Below are positions 15,588 to 30,933 of a DNA stretch of 64,000 nucleotides, piece by piece (the stretch's first letter is position 1; each line of letters opens with the position of its first letter). The position numbers were made by a program, and so were the translations under genes. The stretch is from the human T2T-CHM13v2.0 reference genome, Homo sapiens. Below the pieces are notes generated by a model that was not told the DNA's origin, searched no databases, and was given only the letters and a program-made list of their open reading frames with translations. The DNA lies in NCBI RefSeq assembly GCF_009914755.1, contig NC_060926.1, one strand, 5' to 3'.

Positions 15588-16078
15588 ATAATACAAAATG
15601 GTTTACAACATAACATATTCCTTCATACCATTCCTATGTAATCACACCTTCCTGCCAGCCCTGGCCACGGTGACTACCAATCTCCTTCATCTCTATTGCT
15701 TTGCTTTTCTAGAAATAAATATAAATGTAATCAAACTACTGTTTGATCTAACTTTTTGAGTCTATTTATTTCACTAAACCTAAAGTATTTGAGTTCATCC
15801 AAGTTACTTTGTGTCTCAATAGTTCATTCTTTTTCACTGCTGAGGAATATTCCATTGTAAAGATGTACCACAGTTTGTTTATTTGCCCCTTGAAGGACAA
15901 TAGTGAAGGAAGATTTTGGTGAATATGAATAGAGCTGCTATAAACATTTGTGTATAGGTTTTTGTGTGAATAAAATGTTCTCATTTTCTATGATAAACAC
16001 CATATAATTTGGGAGCTTTTTCTTATTTTTAAAGTGTAAGAATTATTTGTATATTCTGGACACAAGTACTTTTTCAGA

Positions 16079-16890
<812 letters not shown>

Positions 16891-17356
16891 ATTGAACACG
16901 CAATTTGCAAGTATTTTCTACCAATGTCTCATATTTTCATTTCTCAGAAGTGCTTTCCAAAGAACAAAATATTTTATTTTTTATCAAGTTCAATTCACAA
17001 TTTTTTATGGTTCATGCTTTTTAGTTTCAACTAAGCAATATTTGTTTAATACACAGTCAAAATATTTCTTCTATGTCTTCTAGTTGTATAATTTTAGTTT
17101 TCACCTGTAAGTATATAATCTATTTTTAGTGTTTTTTTTTTTTTAGTTTGCTTTTTGTCCTTACATGATTGGAGGTAAAGGTTGAAGTTTTGAGGAATTT
17201 CCATGGGTTTAAAAAAATCATTTCCCCTTAAATTTGGTACCTCTGTCCAAAGTCAATTAACTGTATATGCTGGAGTCTATTTCTTGACTCTCTCGTCTAT
17301 GGATTGACCAATAAAACTCAATCTTAGGACTTTATACTAAGTTTAACATCAGGTAG

Positions 17357-17791
<435 letters not shown>

Positions 17792-20700
17792 TGATAGTAT
17801 TGCATTGAATTTGTTTATAAATCAGTTTGAAGAAAATTCACATAAGAAAATACTGAGTAGTCTACTTCATGAAAGTTGTATGACTCCATTTTTAAGTGTT
17901 TTCAATTTATCTCACCAATGTTTTATAATTTCCACCGTACAAATCTTACATAAATTTTGTTAGTTATATTTTTCAATAGTTCAGAGTTTCTTTAAACTAT
18001 TGCAAATAGTTTCTTTAAACTATTATTATGATTTTTAAATTTGAGGCATTCATTGATAGTATGTAGAAATATATTTGATATTTTACATCTTTGTATTATT
18101 GAACCTTGCTAAATGCTCCTATAAGTTCTAGTAACTATTATGTAGATCCTGTACTATTTATTGCCTACACAATTATATTGTCTATTTTTAAAAGCTTACT
18201 TCTTCCTTTTCAAAATGTATGCTTTTATTTCTCTTTCTTTTTTAGGATCTTTGGTATAATGTTGGATAGAAGTAGTGAGAGTGCATATCCTTGATAATAT
18301 TAAGGGTAAAACATTCTTTCAATATTAAATACAGTTTAATCTGTACAAATTTATTTATACTTTTTTCAGATGGAAGATGTTCACTTCTATGTCTTTCTAA
18401 ACATTTTCATAATGAATGTGTATTAAATTTTGTCTAATGCTTTCTTGGATTCTATTGGTATGTACCTTTCTTTTTTGTCCTTTATAGAATGTATTATTTT
18501 GATTTATTTCCATGATAGCCTTTGCCTTTCAAGAAATTAGTCATTTTCATTTAAGTTGTCAAATGTTTTGTCAGACAGTTATTTATAATACTCCCTTCTA
18601 CAGTAAAGTATCTTGTTTTCCTTCTTTTCATTCCTGTTGTTGGTAATTTGTATCTTTTCTCTTTTGTTTTTTATCAGTAGAGATGTATTGTTATAAGTAA
18701 AAAATATTTTCTAAAATAAATTCAAGTTTTTGCTTAATTGATTTTTCCCTGTTGCTTTTTATTATTTCTGTTGTATCTACTTTTGTTCTTAATTTCGTTT
18801 TTCCTTTTTTTTGTTTTGTTTTTGTTTCAACTTGTTTCTACTTTACTAGCTTAATCAGGTGGAAACACAGGTCACCAATTTTAGACAATTCCTCTTTGCT
18901 AATATGAGTGTTTCATAATGTAAATTTTCCTATAGTTGTATTCCATTAAGTTTGATATATTCTGATTTACTCTTTCCTTCAGCTCAAAGTTATTTTCTAA
19001 TTACCTTCATGATTTAATCATTGACACATGGGTTTGAAGAAATGTGCTGCTTACTTTCCAAGTATTTGAGTATTTTAAAGACACCTTTCTGTTAGCAATT
19101 TCTAATTGAATTCTGTTAAGGTCAAGGCACATATTCAGCATGATTTCAGACATTTTAACATTGTTAAAGTTGTTTTACAAGCCCCAAAATGCCCCATTTT
19201 GACAAATGTTTCTTTTAAACTGGAAACTAGTATGTATTCAGTTGTTGTTGGACAGAGAACCTTATAAATACCAATTAGGTCCTGTTGCTGTATAGTATTA
19301 TTCAAGTCTTTTATAGTTCTACTGATTTTTCTTTCAACTTGTTTAACAATTAGTGAGAAAAAAGTGTTAAAATGTCCAAGTATAATTATGGATCTGTCTA
19401 TTTCTTCTTTTAATTCTGTCAGTTTTCGCTTCAATTATCTTAAAGATCTATTATTCAGTGCCTGAACATTTAAGAATGTTATGTCTTCTTGACAGACTGA
19501 TTTGCCATCATTATAAAAAAATTCCTCTCCTTTCTTTGTAATATTAATTATTCTGAAGCTTGTTTTCTTATGCTTAGTAGGTTTTTGGTAAGTTTTTTCA
19601 TCTTTTTTGTTGTTGTTAAGCAATTATCTTTGTTCAGCTGTGCATGAAGTTATCTTTTTTTCTCCAGGTGCCATAAAGATTTTCTCTGTAGCACAGACAT
19701 TTAAAAATTTGATTACAAAGTGTGTTGGTAATCTTCTTCTTCATTTTAATACTGCTGAGATTCACTGAGCTTTTTGACTCTTTGTGTTCATACGTTTCAT
19801 CAGATGTGATAAAGGTTCAGCCATTATTTAAGTGTTCTTTTCTGTCCCACTTTCTCTCCTCTTCTTTTGGGAGTTTAATCACAAGCATATTAATTATCTG
19901 GGTGATGTTTTGCAGGTAACAGTCTTTTTTCTTTCTTTTTAAGCTTCACATGGGTAGTTTCACTGTAATATGTAGTTTTATGACTTTTTTTCTATAGCAT
20001 CTAATTTTCCATTAATAACATCCTCTGAATGTTTAATTTCTGGTAACATTTTTGCATTCCTAGAATTTCCATTTAAATATTTTTTCTATTTCTATCTCAT
20101 TCATATTATATTCACGTTTTGCTTTACATCCTTAATCAAGTGAAACACAATTATAATAGCTGTTTCAATATCCTTGTCTATTATAATAATTCCAATATCT
20201 CTGGGATTTTTTTGGGATCTGTTTGTCAGCTAATTTTTCTCCAGTTATGGGTCATATTTTCTAGAGTCTTTTAGTAGCAAAAATATTTTATGGGATATTA
20301 ATACAATATTTTGTTGCTGAGTGGTGACTCGTGTGTGTGTGAGAGAGAGACAGAATTGCTTTCTTACAAATTAATTTGGTATTTTTGAGGTTTGTTTTTA
20401 GACTGCTTAAGTAAAGGTCAAAGATCCAGATTATTTATATCCAGGCAAGTGTAGACCCACTTCCAGTGCATAGTCCCTCTGGAGTCAGGACTGCCTGTCT
20501 CATGTATAAACTGTGATCTCCCACCCTGGCTAGAAGGGGCTCAAGTAATTTCTAGTCTGGAATGAGTCCTGGGATTTCTTTATCTTTCAGGTTTCTCCAT
20601 AATTGTTCTTTCCTCAGAAGTCTGTACTTGTAGTATGTTACTCTACTCTTGTATATATTCTTCTTCAGGTAAAAACTCCAGTGAACTTTATGCAGATTTC

Positions 20701-21069
20701 TGAAACTGTTTTCCTACATATCTCCATCCTTTCCTGAACACTGTTGTGGACATTTCAGCCTCCTCCGTGTTTCAGAACTCTAATCTCTGTTTCCTCACCT
20801 TTGTAAGGTGGCCAAGTTCTAATTATGTTCTTCCCTGCACCACCGTCTGAAAATTGTACTAAAGCAGTAAGTCCGGGCATTCTTAAGTGTTTTCTCCTTG
20901 GGAATAGAGAGGAGGAAAGAACAGAGGGAGGCAAGTTCTGGACTGCTTGTTGCCAATGTCTGTAAATTGTGTCTCCTCTATTTTGTCCACTTTTTTTAGT
21001 TATTTGTGGGGAAAGGTTAATTGTGGATTTGCCATTTCTTCATGGACAGATTCAGAAATCTTCTCTCTT

Positions 21070-21960
21070 AAGTTTTGAACGATATTTTACTATAAATAGA
21101 ATTCTAGGTTCCAAGTTTTGTTTTCTCATTTAGTATGTTGGAAATGTCATTCCATTTTTAACCAGCCTAAAATATCATTTATAATTTTTACTATTTTTAA
21201 TATTTTCTCTTTATATTTATTTTTTACCAGTTGTCTATGATGTGCCAAAGAATTTTATTTTTAGTATTTATTCTATTTGAATATCACAAGTTTTTTTGAT
21301 TCTGTATATTGATGACTTTCATCAATTTTGAAAAACATTTATCAATTATATGTCAAATATTATCTTCATTCTCATTCTTTTGTATTCTGCTGAGATAGGT
21401 ATGTTAAACCATTTAAAAATGGTTTTAAATATATGTTAGTTACATGTATATTATTACATGTATGGTAAACCATTTACCCTTTATGTTCAATTATATGTGT
21501 GTTAAACCATTTTTAAAGGTTCACATTTTTCTCAAGAGCTATTCTATTTATTGTAGTCTTTCTTTTATTCTTTTCAGTTTGGATAGTTTATACTACTCTT
21601 CATTCAGGTTCACTGTGTTTTGTCTGCTGTTTAGTCATTGAATATATGTTTCATTTCTGATGTATTTTTCATGTTTTGCTTTTCTCTCTCTTTTTTATAG
21701 CTTCTGTATTTCTGCCAAATTCTCCAACTACTCATGCAGATTGCCCACATTTCTACTAGAACTTTAAATAGATGTATCATAGCTGTTTTAAAGCCTCTAT
21801 CTAATAATTCCAAACAATGGATCTGCTTATATTGACTGTTTCTCCACTTGAATATATGTCCTATTTTTCTTGCTCTTTTGTATGTTTTGTAAATTTTGAC
21901 AACATGTTAGACATTGTGTGTAATTCACTAGTGAAGATTGAAGTATATATATTTACTTCC
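21070..21960 (-). mobile_element. Old L1M ORF1-region fragment (outer host, right part)
   Basis: 'ttttgaacgatattttactataaatagaattctaggtt' continues the L1M ORF1 antisense pattern. Confidence 0.55.
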
Positions 21961-23168
21961 ATGAAAGAAAAACTTTTATTCTTTCTTTGCTAGCATAAAA
22001 ATGTGAGTCTAGTTTTAAACATTTTGAGGTCAAGTTAGCACTTTCCCTTCGGGAGATACGGGATTTGAGCACTAGTAAGTCTTCAGATAATTATTATTAC
22101 TATTCTTTAAAGACAAGTAATTATCGTTCTGAATTGTAGGAGATTTCACTCGCTTTTTACCCTCGATGTCTCCTTTTGGAGTCACTGGAGAAATTTATGT
22201 TTGCTTGTTTATTTTTTTTTTTAGGTTTTTAAATTCTCTGGTCACATGCCTGACTTGCTGCTTCTCAGAAGATTTCTCTCTACCTTACTGCTTTGCATTC
22301 TAGGCTTTGGAATTCTTCATAAAGCAAGTAAAGGACTCTGCTTCTGAGGAGGGTTGCAGACTTTATCAGTTCCTGTGTCTTTTTTTTTTTTTTCCAACTT
22401 TTATTTTAAGCTCAGGGGTCTCAGCTTGTAGTGTCCTTCCCCGTTATCCTTAGTGAAGGGCCATGGGAAATAGAAATAAATTGGCTGTTGGGTGTAAAGC
22501 CAAGTTATGGCTAAGGCTCCTTGAGATTTTTCTCTCTTTTCTCTCTTCTTTCTCTCTCATCATAACCTAGGTCTACACCATCGTAAGTGATGAGAAAGTA
22601 TTTTGAAACATACAGAATACTATACGTGAATATGGCATAAACTCCTGAAATGAACACTTGACAGTAAGGAGAACTTGCCTCTCTAGAGCTTTGATCTTGG
22701 CTAATTCTATAATGTAATGAGCTGCTGTCCTGCAAAGGATCATCAGGCTCAGCTTTTCTCAAGTCACAGAGAATTTAGTTCACTTCAATAAATATGAAAT
22801 GAATGACTGCTGTGTGTCACTGAAACCGCAAAATTGCAAAGTTGTAACTGAGACAGTGAAAGAGATCTGACCTACCAACTCCATCTTCGTTCTAACCTCT
22901 AAGCTGTCCTTGTTCATTCATGGGTGTAGGCTGAACTAACTTGGGAGAAACTTAGTTTATGGTTTATAGTTGAAAACAATGATGATAACGGACCTTTCCC
23001 AAGGCAAATACCCTTCTTGTCTGAGGACTAGACTGCCTTTGTATGATTAACAAATTAGCCATAAGATTAGAAATTATGGTTTAGGAGTCATGTAGCTTGA
23101 GGCTACAAGATTCTGACCATCTCTAAACTGCTCCTAACATCAGTGGTTGAGATATTTCGCAGAACCTG

Positions 23169-24553
23169 TGAGTCCGAAATTGGTGGGTTCTTGGTCTCAC
23201 TGACTTCAAGAATGAAGCCGCGGACCCTCACGGTGAGTGTTACAGTTCTTAAAGATGGTGTGTCCAGAGTTCGTTCCATCTTATGGTTGGATGTGTTCAG
23301 CGTTTCTTCCTTCTGGTGGGTTCGTGGTCTCACTGGCTTCAGGAGTGAAGCTGCAGACCTTCGCAGTGAGTGTTACAGCTCTTAAGGTGGCGTATCTGGA
23401 GTTGTTCTTTCCTCTCGTCCAGAGTTGTTCACTCCTCCTGGTGGGTTCGTGGTCTTGCTGGCCTCAGGAGTGAAGCTGCAGACCTTCACGGTGAGTGTTA
23501 CAGCTCATAACAGCAGTGCAGACCCAAAGGGCGAGCAGTGGCAACATTTATTGCAAAGAGCGAAAGAACAAAGCTTCCACAGTGTGGAAGGGGACCTGGG
23601 CAGGTTGCCGCTGCTGTCTCCGGCAGCCTGCTTTTATTCCCTTATCTGACCCCACCCACATCCTGCTGATTGGCCCATTTTATAGAGAGCTGATTGGTCC
23701 ATTTTACAGAGAGCTGATTGGTCCATTTTGACAGGGTGCTGTTTGGTGCATTTACAAACATTTAGCTAGACACAAAAGTTCCCCAAGTCCCCACTAGATT
23801 AGCTGGACACAGAGCAATAATTGGTGCATTTACAAACCTTTAGCTAGACACAAAGTGCTGACTGGTGTGTTTACAGTCCTCTAGCTAGACATAAAAGTTC
23901 TCCAAGACCCCACCTGACTCAGGAGTCCAGCTAGCTTCGCCTAGTGGATCCCGCACCAGGACCATGGGCGGAGCTGCCCGCCAGTCCCGCACTGTGCAGC
24001 TGCACTCCTCAGCCATTGGGCAGTCAATGGGACCGGATGCTGCAGAGCAGGGGGCGGCACCTGTTGTGGTGGTTCAGGCCACGCAAGAGCCCACCATGTG
24101 GGGGCTCGGGCATGGCGGGCTGCAGGTCCCGAGCCCTGCCTGGCAGGGAGGCAGCTGAGGCCCAGAAAGAATTCGAGCATGGCGCAGGTGGGCCGGCAGT
24201 GCTGGGGCACCTGGTGCACCCTCTGCAGCTGCTGGCTCAGGTGCTAAGCCCCTCACTGCCTGGGGCCGGCAGCGCTGGCTGGCTGCTGAGAGTGCAGGGC
24301 CTGCCGAGCCCGTGCCCACCTGGAACTCACGCTGGCCCATGAGCGCCGCACGCAGTACCCGTTCCCACCCATGCCTCTTCCTCCACACTTCCCCTCAAGC
24401 AGAGGGAGCCAGCTCCAGTCTTGGCCAGCCCAGAGAGGGGCTCCCACAGTGCAGAGGCAGGCTGAAGGGCTCCTCAAGCATGGCCAGAATGGGTGCTGAG
24501 GCCAAGGAGGTGCTGAGAAGGAGGGAGGGCTGCTAGCATGCTGTTGCCTCTCA
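23169..24553 (-). mobile_element. LTR12 (ERV9) solo LTR, LTR12D/E-like, complete
   Basis: TG...CA termini, perfect 4-bp TSD cctg (23165-23168, 24554-24557), characteristic U5 repeats, gctgattgg repeats, GC-rich U3. Confidence 0.96.
23630..23900 (-). promoter_or_regulatory. LTR12 core promoter/enhancer: CCAAT boxes plus AATAAAA TATA-like box
   Basis: ATTGG at 23669, 23693, 23717 (24-bp period) and 23820; TTTTATT at 23632-23638. ERV9 LTRs are known NF-Y-dependent promoters; activity of this copy is unknown. Confidence 0.6.
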
Positions 24554-25007
24554 CCTGCACTTGATGGAGCAGCTGGCACCGCCAAGATCAATTAACTGTC
24601 TCATCTGATCTTGTGGCTCCCACCCAGGAACTGACTCAACACAAGAGGACAGCTTAAATTCCCTATGATTTCATCTCTGACCCAACCAATCAGCACGCTC
24701 AACTCACTGGCTTTCCCATACTCACCCAATTAGCCTTAAAAACTCTGATCCTCGAATGTTCAAGAAGACAGATTTGAATAATAATAAAGCTCCCGTCTCC
24801 CATGCAGCAGACTTTGTGTGAATTACACTTTCTCCATTGCAATTCCCCTGTCTTGATAAATTGGCTCTGTCTGGGGAGCAGGCAAGATGAACCCATTGGG
24901 CAGTTATAGCACTGCCTATGGTAAAAGTTAATAAATGAAAGAATCTACATAGCTACTTCCCTGAAGGAGGAGTGACTGCCACATAAAGAAATGACATTGT
25001 GATATAA

Positions 25008-25469
25008 TGCGGGGGTCCATCCCGCAGACCCTGACCCAACGATGGTTGAATAAAGTACGCTGACACACAGATATTCTGCTTTGCCTGTCCAACTGAGTGT
25101 CCAAGCCCTTAGTAGCAGCCAAGGCCCCAACTAACCAGCGAGACTCGCATTTATTCAGTAAAGGTTAATTGACAAAGGCTTGAGTCAACACCAAAAAAGA
25201 GTAATTGACATTGCAGACTTCCCAAGTAGAAAGCAATTAGGCACCGGCAGTAGAAAAGGTTAGTCTTAAGACCACATGAGTAAACAAGTTAGTTAGATAA
25301 CTCCCCACATTCCTCTGTTTCTACTCTAATTTATTTAACTAAAAGTAAGGGGACTAGTCTACCTATAGCCAGATTTATTACCCAAGTTAAGCAAACTCTC
25401 AGGCCTTCCAAGAGGGTTTGTGGCTATTATAACTAAAATTTTTCCCACCAGCCTGACTGAACCCCCACA
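25008..25469 (-). mobile_element. LTR22-family (HERV-K HML-5) solo LTR
   Basis: Minus strand begins TGTGGGGGTTCAGTCAGGCTGGTGGGAAAAA and ends CCCCCGCA; 6-bp TSD atataa/atatac. Confidence 0.85.
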
Positions 25470-25828
25470 ATATACATCCTGGAGCCCAGGGGAAGGACAA
25501 TTTCTCCAGCCTGAGTGAGTCATAGATATCTATCTGGTGAAATGGTGGCTCTGTTAATTCCCCATAAGATTAAATAGTACATGAAGAAACATAAGAAACA
25601 AAGGTGAGATGGATAGCAGAAGGAAAAGGCCTCTGATTATCCTTAATCAAGTTTTAGGGATGGCCATCTCAGACCCTCTGAATAGATAATAAACTCTTAC
25701 TTTGTGATATATGATGAAGGCCTTGCCTAGACCCTGCTTCACCTGGATTCCTATGTTGCTTATCTACCTAGAGTAATGGTAATTAGCACTATAATTTACT
25801 ATTATTCCAATGTGCTTCAGTTTATATC

Positions 25829-26010
25829 TTAGTCTTAAGACCACATGAGTAAACAAGTTAGTTAGATAAACTCCCCACATTCCTCTGTTTCTACTCTAAT
25901 TTATTTAACTAAAAGTAAGGGGACTAGTCTACCTACAGCCAAATTTATTACCCAAGTTATGCAAACTCTCAGGCCTTCCAAGAGGGTTTGTGGCTATTTA
26001 TAACTAAATT
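25829..26010 (+). repeat. Ectopic near-identical copy of LTR22 segment 25260-25440
   Basis: Direct repeat with only a few substitutions and 1-bp indels. Confidence 0.96.
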
Positions 26011-27657
26011 TATAAACTATAAATTCTCTTTTACTTCCCTATAACCTTGATCTCTATGTATTGATTGCCCCATTTTACATCAGAGAAAGCTGTAGTTCCG
26101 AGAAGACCACAAAGCTGATAAGTAGCTTTATGCAGTTTTATTTTCTGCAGGTTCTGTCACCCACTGTGCAGTACAATAAGATATTTTGAGATCAAGATGA
26201 CTGACTAGAATAATTCAGCACATGCCTCCTTCACAAAGAAGCATAAAAACAGCAAATAGATAACCACATGTAGAATTAAGCATCTAAAGGACACTGGAAT
26301 TCAGCATAAAAGTGATGAAGACCCTCTGAATCACAGAAACTCAAGATGGCAGCTTAGAGAGGGAAGCAAAGCTGCCAGCCTAGATTGGCTCAGAGCCGAG
26401 AGAGACTCCCCATTGCAGGGAAAAGGTAAGTGTGAGATGTCCAGTAGTCCACATTTTTTACCACAGATGCCTACAGTTTGAACTAAAGGAGACCACTCAG
26501 CCCTTACAGAGCCTCATATAAGGAGCTGCCTGAACCCATACAACTTCATTATCCCAGAAAATAAATCTATGTTGAGTTCCTCCAAAACCTGAGACCAAGT
26601 CTGGTGCAGCATGGCAACATTTTGAAAGCAAAGCTACCACAAGTGTACATCCTTCCCAGGGGCCCAATAACCCCCACATTTTCACATTCCTGGGGCCCTG
26701 TGACATCACCCCACATTCCTCCACAGGGCTGCAATGATGTGACATCAGCTGGACCAAGTGGTGATCAGTGTCCCTGGCCCTGCACCCTGGGGGACAGGGA
26801 GTACAGCACATCAGGGAAATTAACCCTAGGACATAGAGGTTCAAAGCAGATGCTTTCTAGAACCTGAGAGCCACATGCCTGGTGCAACCACTACCAACAG
26901 CGACAATGCCCCCTCCAGTGGTGGAGCCACCATATATTCATGCATGCCACTCAAGAACTAAAAAACTACCCCATCCAGGTCCTGCCATCACCACTTTCAG
27001 CACTAACGTTCACTGTCCCTCAGAGGCCTGAAGATCAGCTCACCCAGTATACCTCTCCCCAGCAAAATTTCCCCACAGCCTTCACAAGCAACTGTATCCC
27101 AAGCCACTGAGGAACTCACAGACACTGTTGACATATTGATTATAGCCAAAGAAATCATATGAAGACTACAACTACCCAACTGATACTAAAGATATATCTA
27201 CAAGAAAAAGTCTTTCCATATGAAAGTATTTAATAAAATTCAAAGAAATGACTATTAGACCAGTTGTGGTGATATTAATGTAGGGACAAAAGAACATGAA
27301 AAAGAAAGGAAATATGACACCTCCAAAGAAACACAATAATTATCCAGTAACAGACCCCAAATAAAAGATAATGATTAGAATACTTGAAAAGCAATTGAAA
27401 CTAATAATCTTAAAGAAACTCTGCAAGATACACAAGAACACCAATGGACGGAACAAAGAAATAAGGAAAATAATTCACAATTGGAATAAAAAATTCAGCA
27501 AAGATATAGATGCCATAAAAAAGAATGCAACAGAAACCTTCGAACTGAATAACTCAATAAATAAAATTAAAAGTATAATTGAGAGCTTCACTTACAAAGA
27601 AACCTTAATCAAGCAGAAAAGAGAATTTTTGACCTTGAAGAGAGGTCCTTTTATGGA

Positions 27658-27785
27658 TGGAAAGAAGGAAAGAGAGAGAAGAAGAAGAAGAAGAAGAAGA
27701 AAAAGCAAAGAAAGAAAAGAAGGAGAGAAAGAAAGAGAAAGAAAGAAAGAATAAAAAAGAAACAAGAATGAAATAAAATGAAGAA
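27658..27785. repeat. GA/GAA-rich purine tract within L1 ORF1
   Basis: (GAA)n, (GAAA)n. Confidence 0.85.
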
Positions 27786-28060
27786 ACTCTGTATGCCATA
27801 GGGAACACCATTAGTGAGCAAATGCATTTTGGGAGTTCTTAAAGGAGAAGACATGTGAAAATGCATAAAAAGATTTATATAATAAAATAGCAGCTGCAAA
27901 AAAATTCAAGTCTTGCAAGGCATATAAGCATTCATGTATTGGAAGCTCAGACTTCCAAATAGATTTAGCCCAAAAATATTCTCTCCAAGGTACACTATAC
28001 TTAAATTGTCAAAAGTCAAAGACAAAGGGAGAATTCTCAAAATAGAGAAAAGTGGCAAGT

Positions 28061-28094
<34 letters not shown>

Positions 28095-28098
28095 GCAC

Positions 28099-28164
<66 letters not shown>
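28061..28164. repeat. Compound microsatellite (CA)13(TA)4 GCAC (TG)12 (TA)21
   Basis: Read directly. Confidence 0.97.
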
Positions 28165-28167
<3 letters not shown>

Positions 28168-30410
28168 AAACTTCCCTCAAAGTAACAACGGATTTATAAG
28201 GAGAAACCTTACAGGCCAACTGAGAATAAGATTATCTATTCAGTGTTGAAAGAAAAAACATAACTGCCAGCCAAGACTACTGTATCTAGCAGAGCTAACC
28301 TTCAGAAATGAAGAAGAAATACATTATTTCTTAGACAACCAAAAATTGAGGGAGTGGACTGGACCTACAAGAAATTCTACTATCATGAAAACATACTAAA
28401 GCATATAGCTCATTGGTAGAGCAGATATAAAAATGAAAAAGAGAAAGAAATCAAATATTATCACTAGAGAAAACCATCAAACCACAAACAATAAGAGATA
28501 AAAAGGGTATGCAAAATAATCAGAAAACAATTAACAAGATGATAGTAGTAAGTCCTCACTTATCAATAACAACCTTAAATACAAACGGTTTTTCCCAAAA
28601 AGATATACACTGACTCAATGGATAAAAGCAACAACTATATGCTGCCTATAAGGAACTTATTTCAACTGGAAAGACACATAGACTGAAAGTGAAGAGACAG
28701 AAAAAATATTCCTAACAAAAACAAAAACCAACATTTAAAAGTAGTTATATCAAACAAAATAGACTTTAAGTCAAAAAACAAAAAGAGACAAGGAAATTCA
28801 TTAGGTAATGATAGAGTGATCAACTCAGCCAAAGGATATAACAATTGTAACTATATCTGCACTCAATACCTGAACATCCAGATATATAGAGCAAATAATA
28901 CAAGAGCTAAAGAGAAAGACCATAATACAACAATAGTTGGAAACTCCAACACTCCACTTTCAGCAGGGGACAGATCTAGACAGAAAATTCATAAAGAAAC
29001 ATTGTACTTAGACCAAATGGACCTAACAGATGTTTACACAACATTTCATTCTACTGATGCAGAATACACATTCTTCTCATTCAGCACATGAAAAATTACT
29101 CAGGATAGACCACATGTTAGACCACAAGACAAGTTTCAACAAATTTTAAAATACTGAAATAATACTAAGTACCTTTTTACACCACCATGATATTAACACT
29201 AGAAAGCAATAACAAGAGAAACTTTAGAAATGGTACAGATACATGACAATTATACAATATGCTAATGAGTGATCAATAGGTCTATGAAAAACTTAAGAAG
29301 GAAAAAAACAATTTATTGAAATAAATGCAAATGGAAATATACTAAAACATATAGAATATAGCAAAAGCAGTGCTAAGAGAGAAGTTTACAATAATAAATG
29401 CCACATCAAAAAAGTAGAGAGATTTCAAATAAACAACCTAATGGAAAATCTTAACAAACAAGAAAAGCAAAAATAAACCAAACCCCCAATTAGTAGAAGG
29501 AAAGAAAAAATAAAGATCAGAGCAGAACTAAATGAAGTAGCAACAAAAAATAAGACAATATAAAAGATCAATGAATTAAAACGTTTATTGTTTGGAAAGA
29601 TAAATGCAATTAACAAACCATTAACTAGAATAAGGGATAAAAACAGCCAAATAAATAAAATCAAATAACAAAGGTGACATTATACCCAATCCTAGAGAAA
29701 TCCAAAGAATCATTATAGATTATTATGAATAACTATGCACTAGCAAATTGAAAAACTCAGAGCAAATGAATAAATTCTGAGGCACATATAACATACCAAG
29801 AATGAACCAGAAGATGTCAACAATTTGAATAGACTAATATTGAAGAACAAAATTAAATCAGTAATAAAATGTCTCCCAAGGGGGGATAAAAAAAAGCTCA
29901 GGACTGATGGCTTTATTGCTAAATTCTACCAAAGTTTTAAAGAAGGACTAACAGCAAGTCTCCTCACACTATTCCAAACAGTTGAGGAGAAAACTCTTTC
30001 TAATTCATTCTATGAGGCAAGCCCTACTCTTATACGAAAACCGGACAAGAATGCAACAAAAACCAAAGTTCAGGTCAACGTCCCTGATAAACACAGATGC
30101 AAAATTTTTCAGCAAAAACCCAACCACATCCAAAAGCATGAGAAAAAGATAATACACCATGATTAAGTGAAATTTATACCAGGGATTCAAGGATGGTTCA
30201 AGTTACACAAGTCAAGAAATGTGATACATCACATCAACAGAATGTTCAAGAAAAATTATGTGATCATTTCAATAGATGCAGAAAAAGTATTTGATAAAAT
30301 TCAACATCACTTCATGATAAAAACTCTCAACAAAATTTAGATTTAAGAAACATACCTCAATACAATAAAAGCCATATATGAGAACCCACAGCTAACATCA
30401 TACTGAATTA

Positions 30411-30866
<456 letters not shown>

Positions 30867-30894
30867 AATTGCCCCTCTTTGCAGAAGACATGAT

Positions 30895-30932
<38 letters not shown>
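30895..30932. repeat. (CA)n microsatellite
   Basis: Read directly; one interruption. Confidence 0.95.

Positions 30933-30933
<1 letters not shown>

Larger units (their letters stand above)
22821..24908 (+). mobile_element. LTR8 (ERV1) solo LTR, split by LTR12 (parts 22821-23168 and 24554-24908)
   Basis: Starts tgaaaccgc...gagacagtgaaagagatct...aactccatctt; ends gaacccattgggcagttata; flanks tcac/gcac. Confidence 0.88.

Noticed and set aside
17985-18023. Short duplication agtttctttaaactatt x2
   Set aside because: Trivial slippage within an old L1
23181-23510. Three spaced ~70-bp repeats (superficially array-like)
   Set aside because: Normal LTR12 U5 internal repeats; not CRISPR, and this is eukaryotic DNA
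23941-24591. GC-rich region with overlapping ORFs; possible CpG island or first exon
   Set aside because: U3 of LTR12; many CpGs have decayed to TpG/CpA
27371-27899. Lys/Arg/Glu-rich ORFs
   Set aside because: L1 ORF1 relic plus a GAA-rich expansion
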